From positions 224,001 to 288,000 of the forward strand of contig CAWJEN010000006.1 in the NCBI GenBank assembly GCA_963841915.1: 64,000 nt of DNA, read 5' to 3'. The position numbers and the translations under genes were made by a program. A model generated the notes under the pieces. The model had not been told where the DNA came from. It worked only from the letters and a program-made list of their open reading frames with translations, and made no database searches. This DNA is from an uncultured Planctomycetota bacterium. Its GTDB lineage: Bacteria > Planctomycetota > Phycisphaerae > Tepidisphaerales > Tepidisphaeraceae. Within the stretch, counting starts at the first letter, position 1; each line of letters starts with the position of its first letter. Below are positions 31,335-43,300 of the stretch, in pieces.

Positions 31335-32954
31335 ATGCTTCGCCTGACCGGGATCCATCTTCCGCTCGATCATCCGCCCGAATCCATTGCCGAGGCTGCG
31401 CTGGGCCGCATGCGTATTCCGGCAACCCGGCTCGTCTCCTGCACGATTGCCCGCCGCGCCCACGACGCCCGTAAGAAGTCGGCCATCCTGTTGGTCTACT
31501 CGCTCGATGTGGTCGTCAAGGACGAAGCTGAGGTGCTGGGCCGGTTCGTCGGCGATGCGAGTGTCAAGCCCACGCCCGATACCAGGTACCACTTCGTCGC
31601 CCGCGCGACGTCCGCCACGTCGGTTCGGCCGGTCGTCATCGGTGCCGGCCCGTGCGGCCTGTTCGCCGCCCTGCTGCTGGCGCAGATGGGGTTTCGGCCG
31701 ATCATTCTCGAGCGTGGCAAGGAAGTTCGCGAGCGGACCAAAGACACGTGGGGCCTGTGGCGAAAATCGGTACTCAAACCCGAATCCAACGTGCAGTACG
31801 GCGAAGGAGGAGCCGGCACATTCTCCGACGGCAAGCTTTGGAGCCAGATCAAAGACCGCCGCCATCTGGGCAGGAAGGTGCTGACGGAGTTTGTCAAGGC
31901 CGGTGCACCACCGGAGATCCTGACCGAAGCCCACCCGCACATCGGCACGTTCCGCCTCGTCAAGATGGTCGAGAACATGCGAGCCACCATCGAGTCGCTC
32001 GGCGGTGAGTACCGGTTCGAAAGCCGCGTGACGGGCCTCGACATCGAGCCGACCGGCGACGGGACGCGGCGGGTTCGTGGCGTCGTGCTGTCGAACAATG
32101 AACACGTCGCCACCAACCAGGTCGTCCTGGCCATCGGGCACAGCTCACGCGACACGTTCCAGGTGCTTCACGACCTTGGCGTTCATATCGAGGCCAAGCC
32201 ATTCTCGCTGGGCTTTCGCATCGAGCATCCGCAACCGCTCATCGACGTTGCCCGGTTTGGCCCCAACGCCGGCCATCCGATTCTCGGGGCGGCCGACTAC
32301 AAGCTCGTCCACCACGCGTCGAACGATCGGGACGTCTACAGCTTCTGCATGTGCCCCGGCGGGACGGTGGTCGCTGCTACGTCAGAAGAAGGCCGGGTCG
32401 TGACGAACGGGATGAGCCAGTACTCGCGGTCTGAGCGGAACGCCAACGCGGGCATCGTCGTCGGCATCACGCCTGAACGCGACTATCCCGAAGGCCCGCT
32501 GGCGGGCGTTGCGTTCCAGCGCAAGTGGGAAACGGCGGCCTTCGTCGCCGGCGGCGAGACCTACGCGGCACCGGCGCAACGGGTCGGAGACTTCCTCGCC
32601 GGGCGCGCCAGCAAAGCTATCGGCAGCGTTGTCCCGTCGTACAAGCCGGGCGTTCACCCGACGAATCTGAAAACATGCCTGCCCGACTTTGCAATTGAGG
32701 CCATCCGCGAAGCCATTCCGGCATTCGGTCGCAAGATCCGTGGTTTCGACAGCGACGACGCGGTGCTGACAGGCGTGGAGACGCGAACGTCGTCACCCAT
32801 TCGCATCAGCCGCGACGAGACGTTCCAGAGCGTCAACACCCGCGGCCTCTTCCCCGCCGGCGAGGGTGCGGGCTACGCCGGTGGCATCTTGTCGGCCGGT
32901 GTCGACGGCATCAAGGTCGCCGAGGCCGTCGCCCAAAGCGTGCTGGCCGGTTGA
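31335..32954 (+). CDS. NAD(P)/FAD-dependent oxidoreductase
   Basis: VIGAGPCG, GEGGAGTFSDGKL, SFCMCPGG, GEGAGYAGGILSAG. Confidence 0.88.
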   Translation: MLRLTGIHLPLDHPPESIAEAALGRMRIPATRLVSCTIARRAHDARKKSAILLVYSLDVVVKDEAEVLGRFVGDASVKPTPDTRYHFVARATSATSVRPVVIGAGPCGLFAALLLAQMGFRPIILERGKEVRERTKDTWGLWRKSVLKPESNVQYGEGGAGTFSDGKLWSQIKDRRHLGRKVLTEFVKAGAPPEILTEAHPHIGTFRLVKMVENMRATIESLGGEYRFESRVTGLDIEPTGDGTRRVRGVVLSNNEHVATNQVVLAIGHSSRDTFQVLHDLGVHIEAKPFSLGFRIEHPQPLIDVARFGPNAGHPILGAADYKLVHHASNDRDVYSFCMCPGGTVVAATSEEGRVVTNGMSQYSRSERNANAGIVVGITPERDYPEGPLAGVAFQRKWETAAFVAGGETYAAPAQRVGDFLAGRASKAIGSVVPSYKPGVHPTNLKTCLPDFAIEAIREAIPAFGRKIRGFDSDDAVLTGVETRTSSPIRISRDETFQSVNTRGLFPAGEGAGYAGGILSAGVDGIKVAEAVAQSVLAG

Positions 32955-32976
32955 AGCGTGCCATCCCACAACGGAG

Positions 32977-33003
32977 AAAGCCGCCGCAAGTGCGGCGGCT
33001 TTT
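32977..33003. terminator. Bidirectional intrinsic terminator
   Basis: AAAGCCGCCGC-AAGT-GCGGCGGCTTTT. Confidence 0.8.
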
Positions 33004-33447
33004 GCTTTTCAAGGCAGAAGATCGGGGCGATGCGACGCCGGTTGAACGGTTTTTAGAAGCTGCTTTGCACGAGTTCTGCCTCTGACCTCGGTTTCTGTCG
33101 CGGGGCGATCTGGCGAATGAGCTTGCGATGGGGCGAGACGGCGTAGCCCGAAATGTCGGACAGTGCTCAAGTCGTGTCAAGATAGCGAGCGCTCCCGCCG
33201 GCCTTTGCATTGGCGTGCAGCAGCCTCGGCCGACCATGCGTTTCCCAGGAGCAATTGCTCAAGGCGATGCTGTCGCAGTGCCCACTCTTCATCCGCAGCG
33301 AGCACGAGGAGCTTCCGGCCGACCGATGAGCGGAACGTCGAATTTGATGATGGCTCCAAACGCGCAGGCCGTTCTTGGTGGAACTTCAACGGCGGGATGC
33401 AATCTTGTCCAAGGCGATTCACCTCATCGTCAACACGCGGTTCGAGG

Positions 33448-34373
33448 TCAGGCGCGCGTTCGGCGACGCATGGCGACAATCGCGAGCAGCGCGGACGTAC
33501 CCAATGCACTGACCGGCTCGGGGACGGCGGTGATGGAGATAAAGCCGTTGCCGGCGTTGAGGCCGCCCTGGAGCGAGGGGTTCAGGGCGAAGTCGGCGAG
33601 GAACGACCCACCGCCGCCGCCGCCGCCAACGACGAAGGAGTCGCCGGCACCGCCGCCGCCGCTGTAGCCGCCGCCCCCGCCGCCGCCCTGGATGCCCGAG
33701 CCGCCACCGCCGCCGAAGCCGCCGATGCCTTGGAAGAGGTTGCCGCCGCCGCCGGCGAGACCATTTAGGTAGGACTGGCCGCCAAATCCCCGCTCACCCG
33801 TCGCCCCATCGCCACCGTCGGTGAAGAAGCCCCCGCCGCCGCCAGCGCCACCAAAGTTGCCGCCCGCGCCGCCGTTGCCGGCGAGTCCGCCGGCACCACC
33901 GTTCGTTCCCGCGCCGCCGGAAGGTGTCGTCAAGCCCGGGTTGCCGCTGACGGAGGAGCGTGTCCCGCCACCGCCGCCGGCGATGACGAGCGGGATATCG
34001 CCCGGGCCGACGACGAAGCTGCCGCCCCCGCCGCCGGCGTATTGCACGTTGATTCCTGCCGTTTGACCTTGGCCACCAACGGCAAGCGTCAAGATCTGGC
34101 CTTGGCTCAGGGCGAAGTCACCGCTGATGATGGCTCCCAAGCCGCCGCTGGAGGTATTGCCGCTACCGCCCTGCGCCCCGCGGCGGTGATGGTGTAGGTG
34201 CCGGTGGCAGGGACCTCGAAGGTGGTGAAGTCGCCGGTGAAGTCGATTAGCGCGGCCGACGCCGGCGCCGGCGATGCGGCAGCGGCGAGGACCGCCGCCA
34301 ATACGGTCGTGCCGAAGCGGGTCAGGCGGGACAGCAGCGATGTGGAGCCGGCGTGGCGTGCGGGTTGGGACAT
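33448..34373 (-). CDS. Glycine-rich PEP-CTERM protein, -1 indel in a G run (~34178)
   Basis: Signal peptide; FEVPATGTYTITAAG(AQGG)..GAIISGDF..LAVGGQG..GGGGGSFV glycine-rich-domain pattern; VPEPVS..RRR. Confidence 0.8.
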
Positions 34374-34444
34374 GACTTTCTCCGGAAAGGTGGTTGCGAC
34401 AAAGCGTGTCGTTCGCGGTGGCGGACGCCCGCCTCCGGTCACAG

Positions 34445-34472
34445 AGCGTGAAGCGCGCCTGATCGGGATCAG
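34445..34472 (-). promoter_or_regulatory. Candidate ECF promoter 1
   Basis: CTGATCC-N17-CGCT on minus strand, ~70 bp upstream of ATG 34373. Confidence 0.6.
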
Positions 34473-34484
34473 AAAAACCTTCGG

Positions 34485-37046
34485 CTACTGCTCCGACGCC
34501 GCCTCGAACCGTTGACGCCAGTCGGCGGCCTGCTCCGAGTCGCCTTTCCGCTCGTACAGCGTGGCGAGGCTTTCGAGTATGCCCGCCCGCCGCGGGTGGT
34601 TCGGCGGTAGGATCCGCTCGGCGAGCGTGTGGGCCTCCAGCAGCAACGGCTCGGCCCCGGCGAGGTCGCCGCCGTCGCGGTGGACGATGCCCTTCTTGCG
34701 CAGGATCGAGAAGATGACGTAGTCCATGTCGAGCGGCGACGCGCGTGCCAGTTGCAACGCCTCGTCGAAGATTGGATCGGCCTCCTCAATTCCCCTGTTC
34801 AAGCCGATGATGAAAGCAAGATCTGCCAGGCCGCGTAGGCGCTCGGGGTGGTCGGCGCCGCGTCGTTGAACCTCGAGTGCGTCACTTTCGCGTCGCAACG
34901 CGATCCCGCGGTCGACATCACCGAGGATCCGGTAGTAATCGCCGAGCGTCTGCATGGTGGAGACGGTTCCGGGATAACTCGGAGCGAAGTGCTCACGTTG
35001 GAGGTTCAGCAACTGCTCGGCGTGTGCAAGCGCTTCCTCGCGTCGACCTAGGAACCACAGAGTTCGGTGGAGCCAGCCGAGCGTTTCCAAGGTTTCGCTA
35101 TGGCGGTCGCCGAGCAGGCGTCGCTGGTCAGCGAGGTCGGCTTCGAGCAGCGGGAGGGCTTCGGCAAACTCGTTCCTGCGAAGTAACACCTGTGCCAGCC
35201 CCGTCCTCGGCCAGGTCGGCCGATCGGGCTCGCCCATCTGAAAGGCCGTTCGGTCTATCGGATGCTCGAGGATCTGCCGGTACATTGCCTCGGCCTCATC
35301 GAGACGATGCAAACTGGCGTAGGCGTTGGCGAGCTGTTCGCGGCTCTTGAGCAGCCGCGGGTCGCTCGGTGGGAGCGTGGCCTGCTCAAGGTCGACGACC
35401 TTCTCGTGCTCCGCGAGCGCGTCCTGATATCGGCCCATACCGGTGTAGCTCACACCGATGAGGCGGTGGACGCGGGCGGCGACGAGCGGGTAATCGGGAA
35501 ACGCCACGTCGACCCTGGCCGCGGCGCGGTCGATGGCCTCGACGAGCGTCGTCGCCGGGCCGCCGTCGGTGCGATCGGTGTTGGCCAGCGCCAGCACCTC
35601 GAAGGCGAAGAAGTCGTTCACGCCCTCGGCCATGACCTGGCGGTCCTCGGCCTCGGCGCGGGCTTCGGCCTCGGCCTGGCGGGCAAGCTCCTCGGCCGCA
35701 AGCGCCGCCTGTGCCTTGTCGCGCTGGTCGGCGACCCGCTGCGCCTGCCAGGCAAACCCGATCACGCCCAGCAATAGCGCCGCCGCCACCGCGGCAGCGC
35801 TGGCCACCAGGCCGCGGTTGCGACGCACGAACTTTTTGAGTTGATACGATCGGCTCGGCGGGACCGCTTCGACAGCGTCTCCGCGAATGTACCGCTGCAA
35901 ATCGTCCGCCAGTTCTCCCGGCGAGCTGTACCGACGCCGACGGTCCTTTTCCAACGCCTTCATCGCGATCCAGTCGAGCTCGCCCTCGATCAGGTTGCTG
36001 AGCCGACGTGGCTCGAGCCGGCGATTGGCCGCGACATTGCCGAGGGTGTTTCGGGACTGCGAGAGCTTTGTGCTCGGCCGGGGCGGATCGACTTCGGTGA
36101 GGATGCGGCAGATCTCCGCATACGCGGCGCTTCGCAGCGACGTTCCATCGAACGGGGTCTCGCCGGTCAGCAATTCGTAGAGCAGCACGCCGAGCGAGTA
36201 GACGTCGGTCCGCGTGTCGATGTCCATCGCGCCGTCGGCCTGCTCGGGGCTCATGTACTCCGGGGTGCCGATGAGCTGGCGGTGCTCGGTGTAGAACGTC
36301 TTCTCGGTCAGCCGTCCAGCGGTTGCTTTGGCGATGCCGAAGTCGATCACCTTGGCCTGCGGGGTGTCGTCCCTCGTGGTGACCAGCACGTTGCCCGGCT
36401 TCAGGTCACGGTGGATGATGCCCTTCTGGTGAGCGTGCTGCGTCGCTTGGCAGACCTGAACAAACAACTCGAGTCGCTCGGCGATGCCAAGACGATGCCT
36501 ATCGCAGTACCGCGTGATCGGTTCGCCCTCACAGAACTCCATGACGAAGAACGGCCGGCCCGCGGGTGTGCTGCCGGCGTCGAACACCTTGGCCACGTTC
36601 GGGTGATCCATCACCGCCAGCGCCTGCCGCTCCTGCTCGAAGCGGGCTACGACCTGCTCGGTGTCCATGCCGAGCTTGACGATTTTCAATGCCACGCGTC
36701 GACGTACCGGCCGGCGCTGCTCGGCGAGAAAAACGTGCCCGAAGCCGCCCTCGCCGACTTTCTGCACGAGCTTGTACGGGCCGATCTCCGAATCGGCGCC
36801 CTCGGCGACCGGTGCGGTGTCGGACGACTGCGCTGACGCACCCTCGATGTCGCTCGGCTCCAGCGTCGGGTCGCTCAGAAATTGCTCGTCATCGGCCGCG
36901 GCGACCATGGCTTTTAGTCGCGTGCACAGCTTTGGCTGCTGCTTGCACGCCTGCTCGACAAATGCGTCGCGCTCCTCGGCCGGCAAATCCATGGCCGACT
37001 CGAACAGCGTGCGGAGCGTCTTCGAAAGATCGTCGCCAGCGTTCAT
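34485..37046 (-). CDS. Hanks-type Ser/Thr kinase with TM helix and C-terminal TPR repeats
   Basis: [44 protein letters not shown]-like repeats. Confidence 0.95.
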   Translation of the reverse strand: MNAGDDLSKTLRTLFESAMDLPAEERDAFVEQACKQQPKLCTRLKAMVAAADDEQFLSDPTLEPSDIEGASAQSSDTAPVAEGADSEIGPYKLVQKVGEGGFGHVFLAEQRRPVRRRVALKIVKLGMDTEQVVARFEQERQALAVMDHPNVAKVFDAGSTPAGRPFFVMEFCEGEPITRYCDRHRLGIAERLELFVQVCQATQHAHQKGIIHRDLKPGNVLVTTRDDTPQAKVIDFGIAKATAGRLTEKTFYTEHRQLIGTPEYMSPEQADGAMDIDTRTDVYSLGVLLYELLTGETPFDGTSLRSAAYAEICRILTEVDPPRPSTKLSQSRNTLGNVAANRRLEPRRLSNLIEGELDWIAMKALEKDRRRRYSSPGELADDLQRYIRGDAVEAVPPSRSYQLKKFVRRNRGLVASAAAVAAALLLGVIGFAWQAQRVADQRDKAQAALAAEELARQAEAEARAEAEDRQVMAEGVNDFFAFEVLALANTDRTDGGPATTLVEAIDRAAARVDVAFPDYPLVAARVHRLIGVSYTGMGRYQDALAEHEKVVDLEQATLPPSDPRLLKSREQLANAYASLHRLDEAEAMYRQILEHPIDRTAFQMGEPDRPTWPRTGLAQVLLRRNEFAEALPLLEADLADQRRLLGDRHSETLETLGWLHRTLWFLGRREEALAHAEQLLNLQREHFAPSYPGTVSTMQTLGDYYRILGDVDRGIALRRESDALEVQRRGADHPERLRGLADLAFIIGLNRGIEEADPIFDEALQLARASPLDMDYVIFSILRKKGIVHRDGGDLAGAEPLLLEAHTLAERILPPNHPRRAGILESLATLYERKGDSEQAADWRQRFEAASEQ

Positions 37047-37067
37047 CGTTGTCCTGCTCGATCAGTT

Positions 37068-37652
37068 TTAAACGCGCCCGGACTCGATGGCCTCCTTCAG
37101 CCATGCACGCGCGTAGGCCCACGACCGCTTTACCGTCGAGGTCGACACGTCCAGCGCCGCGGCGGTGTCCTCGACGCTCAGGCCGGCGAAGTAACGCAGC
37201 CGCACCACCTCGGCGGCATCGGGGTCGCTGCCCGCTAAGCGAGAGATCGCCTCGTCGAGGATCAGAAATCCTGCGGCTTCTTTCTCCGAGTTTGGATCAG
37301 GCAGGCCGGCTAGGTCGATCGCGGCACGGCGGGCATCGGGGCCGCCCCGTTTGCCGGCGGACTTCTTGCGGGCGTGATCGATCAGGATTCGCCGCATCGC
37401 ATCGGCGGCAGCGACAAAGAAGTGCTTGCGATTCTGCCACGGCACCTGCCGTGGGCCGGCCAGCTTCAGGTACGCCTCGTGCACAAGCGCCGTCGCCTGC
37501 AGCGTGTGCCCGGCCCGCTCGGCCTTGAGCTGCTGCTGCGCGACGGCCCGAAGCTGCGTGTACACCAACGGCAACAGCTTGTCGGCCGAGGCTTGGTTGC
37601 CGTCGGAGGCCTGCTGCAGAACCTGGGTGAAGTCGCGCTCGACGGATGACAC
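37068..37652 (-). CDS. ECF sigma factor, kinase-associated (TIGR02999/ECF43-like)
   Basis: LLPLVY.QLR, HTLQATALVHEAYLKL, AMRRILIDHAR, VVRLRYFAGLS, W.YARAWL; directly upstream of the kinase. Confidence 0.92.
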   Translation of the reverse strand: MSSVERDFTQVLQQASDGNQASADKLLPLVYTQLRAVAQQQLKAERAGHTLQATALVHEAYLKLAGPRQVPWQNRKHFFVAAADAMRRILIDHARKKSAGKRGGPDARRAAIDLAGLPDPNSEKEAAGFLILDEAISRLAGSDPDAAEVVRLRYFAGLSVEDTAAALDVSTSTVKRSWAYARAWLKEAIESGRV

Positions 37653-37715
37653 AAAGAAGCTTCCGCACGCAATCTGCCACGGGCGGGAAAAAATTCAAAG
37701 CGTCGCGGGGATTTT

Positions 37716-37743
37716 CTGATCCTTTTTCCGGGCGGTTCTCGCT
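37716..37743 (+). promoter_or_regulatory. Candidate ECF promoter 2
   Basis: CTGATCC-N17-CGCT, ~80 bp upstream of ATG 37822. Confidence 0.6.
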
Positions 37744-37821
37744 TAGGGGGCAGTTCGTGCAGGCACGTCGTCACCGATGTCAGCCACGCGACACCCCACA
37801 AACCCTAACCCGGAGACTCGA

Positions 37822-40134
37822 ATGCCTCGCACTCGCACCGCCTCGTCCATCCTCGCCCTGGCCGCCGCCGCCACGTTGGCCGCATCGGCTCAAGCCCAAG
37901 TTACCTTCAACGTCACCTTCGAAGACGTCACCGCCAACAACGGTATCGGCTTCGCCGACCCCAACGAGGGCGCGGCCCGCCGACAAACGATCACCAACGT
38001 TACCAACTACCTCAGCACCGTCCTCGACGGACGTGGCTCGGCCAACTTTGTGTTCCGCGCCAGCGAGAACAAACCCAACAGCAACACTCTGGCCAGCTTC
38101 GGCCCGACCCGCGGCAGCTACACCGGGCAGCAATTCTTCTACAACGGCCTGCCTTATCAGCGCCTGCGCATGGGCAACACCGTTTTTGGGCCCAACGACA
38201 CCGACGGGGCCGGCTCGTTCAACTTCGGCAAGAACTTCTACGCCGGCACCGGCACCGTGCCGGCCGACCAGTTCGACATGTACTCGACCGCGCTGCACGA
38301 GATCACCCACGGCCTGGGCTGGATCGACGGCGTCGGCCCCGGCGGCGTCCCAGACGCCAACCGCACGCAGTTTCCCGTCCTCTCCAGTTGGCTCCGCCGC
38401 GGCAGCGGCACCAATGCGACGCCTCTGTGGGAGCGGGACGTCAACAGCCCCAACTACGGAAAGTTCGTCGGCGACCAGAGCACCTTCACGAACGCCAACG
38501 ACGCGAACACCGGCCTCTTCTTCCACGGCCCGTTCGCTAAGGAGATCTTCGGCGGCGCTGTGCCGATGTTCGCGCCCAACCCCTACCAGGAGGGCTCGAG
38601 CATCGCCCACACCAATGTGAACCCGGTCGCGCTGATGAACCCCTCGACGCCCCGAGGCCCCGGCGAGCGCACGTACAAACCGTTCGAGATCGGCATGCTC
38701 ATGGATCTGGGCTACAACCAGTACAAGTGGGACGACGCCGACGGCACCTTCCTGGCCGGCAGCACTACCGAAACCCTCGCGCAAAGCAACTGGCGCTCCG
38801 ACGACGCATTCCTCCGGCTCAACGGCACTAACTACAACACCAAAGCCAGCCCGCAGCCCGGCAATGTCCTGGCGCCCTACGCAAAGGTCACCAGCAACAT
38901 CAATCTCGAGTTCGGCGGCACAGGCACGACCGGCTACACCGCCACCAACGACGTTGGCACCACCGCGGCTGATCCCTTCCGCCTGGCCCGCATGCAGCTC
39001 AGCTCGACGTCCACTGCCGCCAACACCATCGCCGGCGGGCACTTCACCTGGGGCCAGAACGCCGACGGCACCGCCAGCGCACTGGCGCCGGCCATTGAGC
39101 AGAACGGCACTGGTGCCTTCGTCATCAGCTCGACCATGAGCATCCCCAATGGCCTGACCGTCCGCGGTACCGGCAACGGCGACCTCACGATCGCCGGCGC
39201 TGTCGACGGTGCCGGAGCGCTCACCAAGCAAGGGGCCAGCAAGCTCATCCTCAACGGCAACGGCGCGGCCAACAGTCTCTCGTTCGCTGGAGGCCTCAAC
39301 GTCAACGCGGGCACCGTTGATCTCAACACCGCCTACACCGGTGCGATCAACAACAACGGCGGCACGCTCAACAACAACGCCGCCAACATGATGGCCACCG
39401 TCAACAACAACGCCGGCACGACCAACGTCAACAACAATGCCGGCACCGTCAACAACAACGGCGGCATGGTCAACGTCGGCATGAACGCCAACGTCGACAT
39501 GATGATGCAGAACGGCGGCATGACCAACGTCGCCGGCACCGTCGACAACTTCGACATGTTCGGCGGCACCGTCGGCGGCGACGGCACCATCGACGACTTC
39601 GACTTCTGGGACGGCGCCTTCGACCCCGGCAACAGCCCCGGCGACCTCACCATCAACAACACCACCATCTACGGCGCCGGCGACATGTCCGCCAACGGCA
39701 CCGCCGGCGGCAACGCCTACTACAACTGGGAGATTGACACCCTCCCGATCGACGGCGGCCAGGCCGGCGACATCGAGGGCTGGGACCTTTGGGAAATGGG
39801 CAACCTCGATCTGCGCGACAACGCGTTCGAGATCGAGCTCAGCAGCATCGACGACCTTGGCAACCTGGCGCCGCTGCCGAACTGGGACCCGAACCTGGAA
39901 TGGAGTTTTCTGATCGCGACGGTGACGAACAACGAGTTCCTCACCGATGCCGCCAGCTTCTTCGTCGACGACACGCTGTTCGCCAGCTTCAACAACGTTG
40001 GCGGCGGCGACTGGGGCCTGTCCACCGTCGACGGCAGCGGCCTGTACCTCGACTGGACGCCTGTCCCCGAGCCGGCCAGCCTCGCCCTGCTGGCCTTGCC
40101 GGCCCTCGCACTTCAGCGCCGGCGGTCCGCTTAG
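37822..40134 (+). CDS. PEP-CTERM protein with HEXXH zinc-metallopeptidase-like domain and beta-helix repeats
   Basis: GGAG RBS, signal peptide, ALHEITHGLG..SSIAH, GALTKQGASKLIL, VPEPAS..RRR. Confidence 0.85.
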   Translation: MPRTRTASSILALAAAATLAASAQAQVTFNVTFEDVTANNGIGFADPNEGAARRQTITNVTNYLSTVLDGRGSANFVFRASENKPNSNTLASFGPTRGSYTGQQFFYNGLPYQRLRMGNTVFGPNDTDGAGSFNFGKNFYAGTGTVPADQFDMYSTALHEITHGLGWIDGVGPGGVPDANRTQFPVLSSWLRRGSGTNATPLWERDVNSPNYGKFVGDQSTFTNANDANTGLFFHGPFAKEIFGGAVPMFAPNPYQEGSSIAHTNVNPVALMNPSTPRGPGERTYKPFEIGMLMDLGYNQYKWDDADGTFLAGSTTETLAQSNWRSDDAFLRLNGTNYNTKASPQPGNVLAPYAKVTSNINLEFGGTGTTGYTATNDVGTTAADPFRLARMQLSSTSTAANTIAGGHFTWGQNADGTASALAPAIEQNGTGAFVISSTMSIPNGLTVRGTGNGDLTIAGAVDGAGALTKQGASKLILNGNGAANSLSFAGGLNVNAGTVDLNTAYTGAINNNGGTLNNNAANMMATVNNNAGTTNVNNNAGTVNNNGGMVNVGMNANVDMMMQNGGMTNVAGTVDNFDMFGGTVGGDGTIDDFDFWDGAFDPGNSPGDLTINNTTIYGAGDMSANGTAGGNAYYNWEIDTLPIDGGQAGDIEGWDLWEMGNLDLRDNAFEIELSSIDDLGNLAPLPNWDPNLEWSFLIATVTNNEFLTDAASFFVDDTLFASFNNVGGGDWGLSTVDGSGLYLDWTPVPEPASLALLALPALALQRRRSA

Positions 40135-40252
40135 CGGACTTGAAACCCTGCACGTACCGGGCCACCGTCTTTCGACGGTGGCTTTCTCCGCTGTCGGTCT
40201 GTCTGCCTTCCAGAACGAGAATCGAGAAACACTTCGATAATTACCAGTTTCC

Positions 40253-40280
40253 CTGAACCCTCCCAAGCCGAGTCGACGCT
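40253..40280 (+). promoter_or_regulatory. Candidate ECF promoter 3
   Basis: CTGAACC-N17-CGCT, ~115 bp upstream of ATG 40397. Confidence 0.55.
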
Positions 40281-40396
40281 TTGTGGGCATCCATTGCACG
40301 CGCTGCGGGGTGTTTTCCGGGTCGAACCGTCGACCGCCCCTGCCGCCGCGTGCGGGTTGCCCGATGATGCGGGCTTTCAACTCGAGAGGGAACCCC

Positions 40397-43300
40397 ATGA
40401 CCGCCCGCCGATCCACCACCATGCCCGCCACCGAAGCCAGCGTTCGTCGCCGTCCCGTTGTCGAGACGCTGGAGCAGCGCAAGCTGCTGACATTGATGCT
40501 GGGTGACCCGCAGATCTCAAACCCCGGATTCGAGATCGGCGCGATGGAGACCGCCGATTTCAATGGCGACGGCATCCTCGATGTCGCCGTGGTCGAGACA
40601 GTCACGCGATACAGCCAGCCCGGCGATGGGGTCGTCAAGATCGGATTGGGTGACGGCACCGGTTCTTTCGAATTCGGCACCGGCTACGAGGTCATCCTCG
40701 AGATTCCGACCAACCAGAGCTACGTCGTCAACCTCACCGTCGGCGATATCAACGGCGACGGTCATCAAGATCTGGCCGGAGCACATGCGCTCGACAATGG
40801 TATCTTTTACATGATCAATCGTGGCGACGGCTCTTTTTTCACTCCGTCCCACTACATTACACGAGGCGAAAGACCCAACAACCCCCGGCTCGCCGACATC
40901 AACGGAGACGGGTATGCCGACATCTTCTTCGTCTCAAACAGTGACACGCAAGGCCACGCAGCGATCCTCTACGGCAACCCAGACGGTTTCGACGACAATC
41001 GTCGAGTCATCTTCACTGGGGAAGAAGCCATCGGGACATATATCGGAGATATTAACGGGCAAGGCACGCTCGATATTGGCGTTATGACGACCAATTCAGC
41101 AGCATCGGCAAATGACCGAATCACGACGTTTCTGTCTTTTTTCGGCCCGGAGTACAACTTCGCGCTCGCCCAAGAATTGAATGGACATGCCCAATTTGTC
41201 AAGGCTGCAGAAACGGATCAAAACCCCCGTGGAGAGCTCTATTTCTCATCGTCGGATCGCCGAGCTCTCGGTGCTTTCCCGGACTTTCTTGATCCTGTGA
41301 TTCGCACCTTCCCCGCCGGCAACGAACCCCGTAAATTCGACGTTGGAGACCTTGACGGTGACGGCAACGCTGATCTGGTGACACAGGCTGGATTCAGCTC
41401 AGGCTCGATTCTCTTCTTGCCCGGCAATGGCGACGTCACGTTTGGTGCCCCTACGACACTTCATACCTACACGAGCCCACAAGGATCTGGGATCGCCTTG
41501 GTAGATCTTGATGGTGACGGGGACAATGACCTGCTGCACGCGGAAGGCCGTAATGTCCATGCACTCCGCACGTTGAACGAGGCGCCCACAGTCGACTTTT
41601 CAACACCGCACGTCACTCGCTATACCAACCAAGGCGTTGTTGACCTTTTCGCCGCGACCAATCCCAACACCGGCGGCGGCACCTTCAGCGGGCCAGGGGT
41701 GACGAACAATCGGCTCGATCCCGCCGCCCTGCAGCCGGGCACATACACCCTCGAGTACACGCTCAGCGACGGCTTTGGGACCCCCAGCACCACGACGTTG
41801 CCGGTGGTTATCCGCGGTGAAAATCGCAGCCTGCACGTCACCCAGACGGCCGACGCCGACAATCATAACGACTACCAGACCAGCCTGCGCGAAGCGGTGC
41901 AATTTGCCAATGTCGTCCCGGCCGCGACGGACTTCAGCGTGCACGAGTGGATGTTCAACGGCTCCGCCTTCTCCCAGGGCGACACGCTCACCCTGACCAC
42001 TAACCAGCAGGGCCAGGCCGGCAGCGCGTGGATGCAGGAAGCCGTCAACGTTCGCGACTTCACCGCCAGCTTTACCTACGACCAGGACCGCGGCGCGGAT
42101 GGGGCCGACGGGTTCACCATCACCCTGCACGGCAACGACCTGAACGCCGTGGGCGGCAGCGGCGGCGGTCTCGGGTATGCCGGCATCGGCAACTCGATCG
42201 CCCTGGCCTTCAACATCTACGCGGACGCGACGCCGGGCTTTGCGATGTTGCTCAACGGAAACGTCAGCGGCGGCTACACGCCCCTCGGCGGTGGCATTAG
42301 CCTGACCAACGGCCAGCCCATCGATATCACCGTGCGAGGCACGATCAACAACCTGCTTCTCACGCTGACGCAAGGCAGCAACACCTGGACCACGTCGACC
42401 CCCGGTGCCGCCAACTTCACCGGAAGCGCCGCAGCTTACTTCGGCTTCACCGGCGCCACCGGCGCCGGCACCGCCAGGCAGACCATTACCAATCTCAACG
42501 TTCAAAGTCAGCCCCTGACCCGCACAGTCACCTTTGACAGTGCCCTTGCCGGCCAGACTTTCGTTCTGAACCAAGGCTGGAACGCCGCGAGTGATCACAG
42601 CGCCTTCGCCATTGACGGAAACGTCGCCATCGACGGCGGCGATGCCGGCTTGACCTTCGTCATCGACGATGCGACGGATCGCCGCCACTTCACGGTCAAC
42701 GGCGGCGGCAACCTGAGGCTCAATCGCTTGAACCTGACCGGCGGCTTTGGCGACTTCGGCGGCTCCATCTGGAACCACGGCAGCTTCTCCGCCCACAACA
42801 GCGCCTTCTTCGGCAACCGTGCCACCCAGGAAGGTGGCGCGATCCAGAGCTGGGGCGGCTCCACCTCGCTCTACCTCAACAATGTGACCCTGGCCGGCAA
42901 CACCAGCGACAGCACGGCCGGCGCGCTCGGCACCGGCGCCGCAACCAGCGGTCTGGAGCACGTTACCATTGTCGACAACACCGCCGCGGCCAACGGCGGC
43001 AGCGTGCTCATTTACCAGACCGACCTCTACGTCGGCAACTCGATCATCGCCCGCAACGTGAACGACGGCGTCGTTGTCAATGGTGACGGCAGCGGCAAGC
43101 TTCGCTTCAACAGCCACGACAACCTGCTGGGCATCGGCAACTGGCCCAACGTAACCGACGGGCAAAACGGCAACCGCCTGCAAGTGACAAGCGGCGACCT
43201 GCTGATGACCACGTTGGGCGACTTCGGCGGCCCGACGTCCACCCTTGCCCTGCTGCCCGGCAGTCTCGCGATCGACGCCGCCGCCGGGGGCGCGGCGATC

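Noticed and set aside
33090..33440. ORFs at the island's left end (33128, 33163, 33177)
   Set aside because: Low-complexity shadows of the Gly-rich gene or non-coding sequence; no supporting motifs
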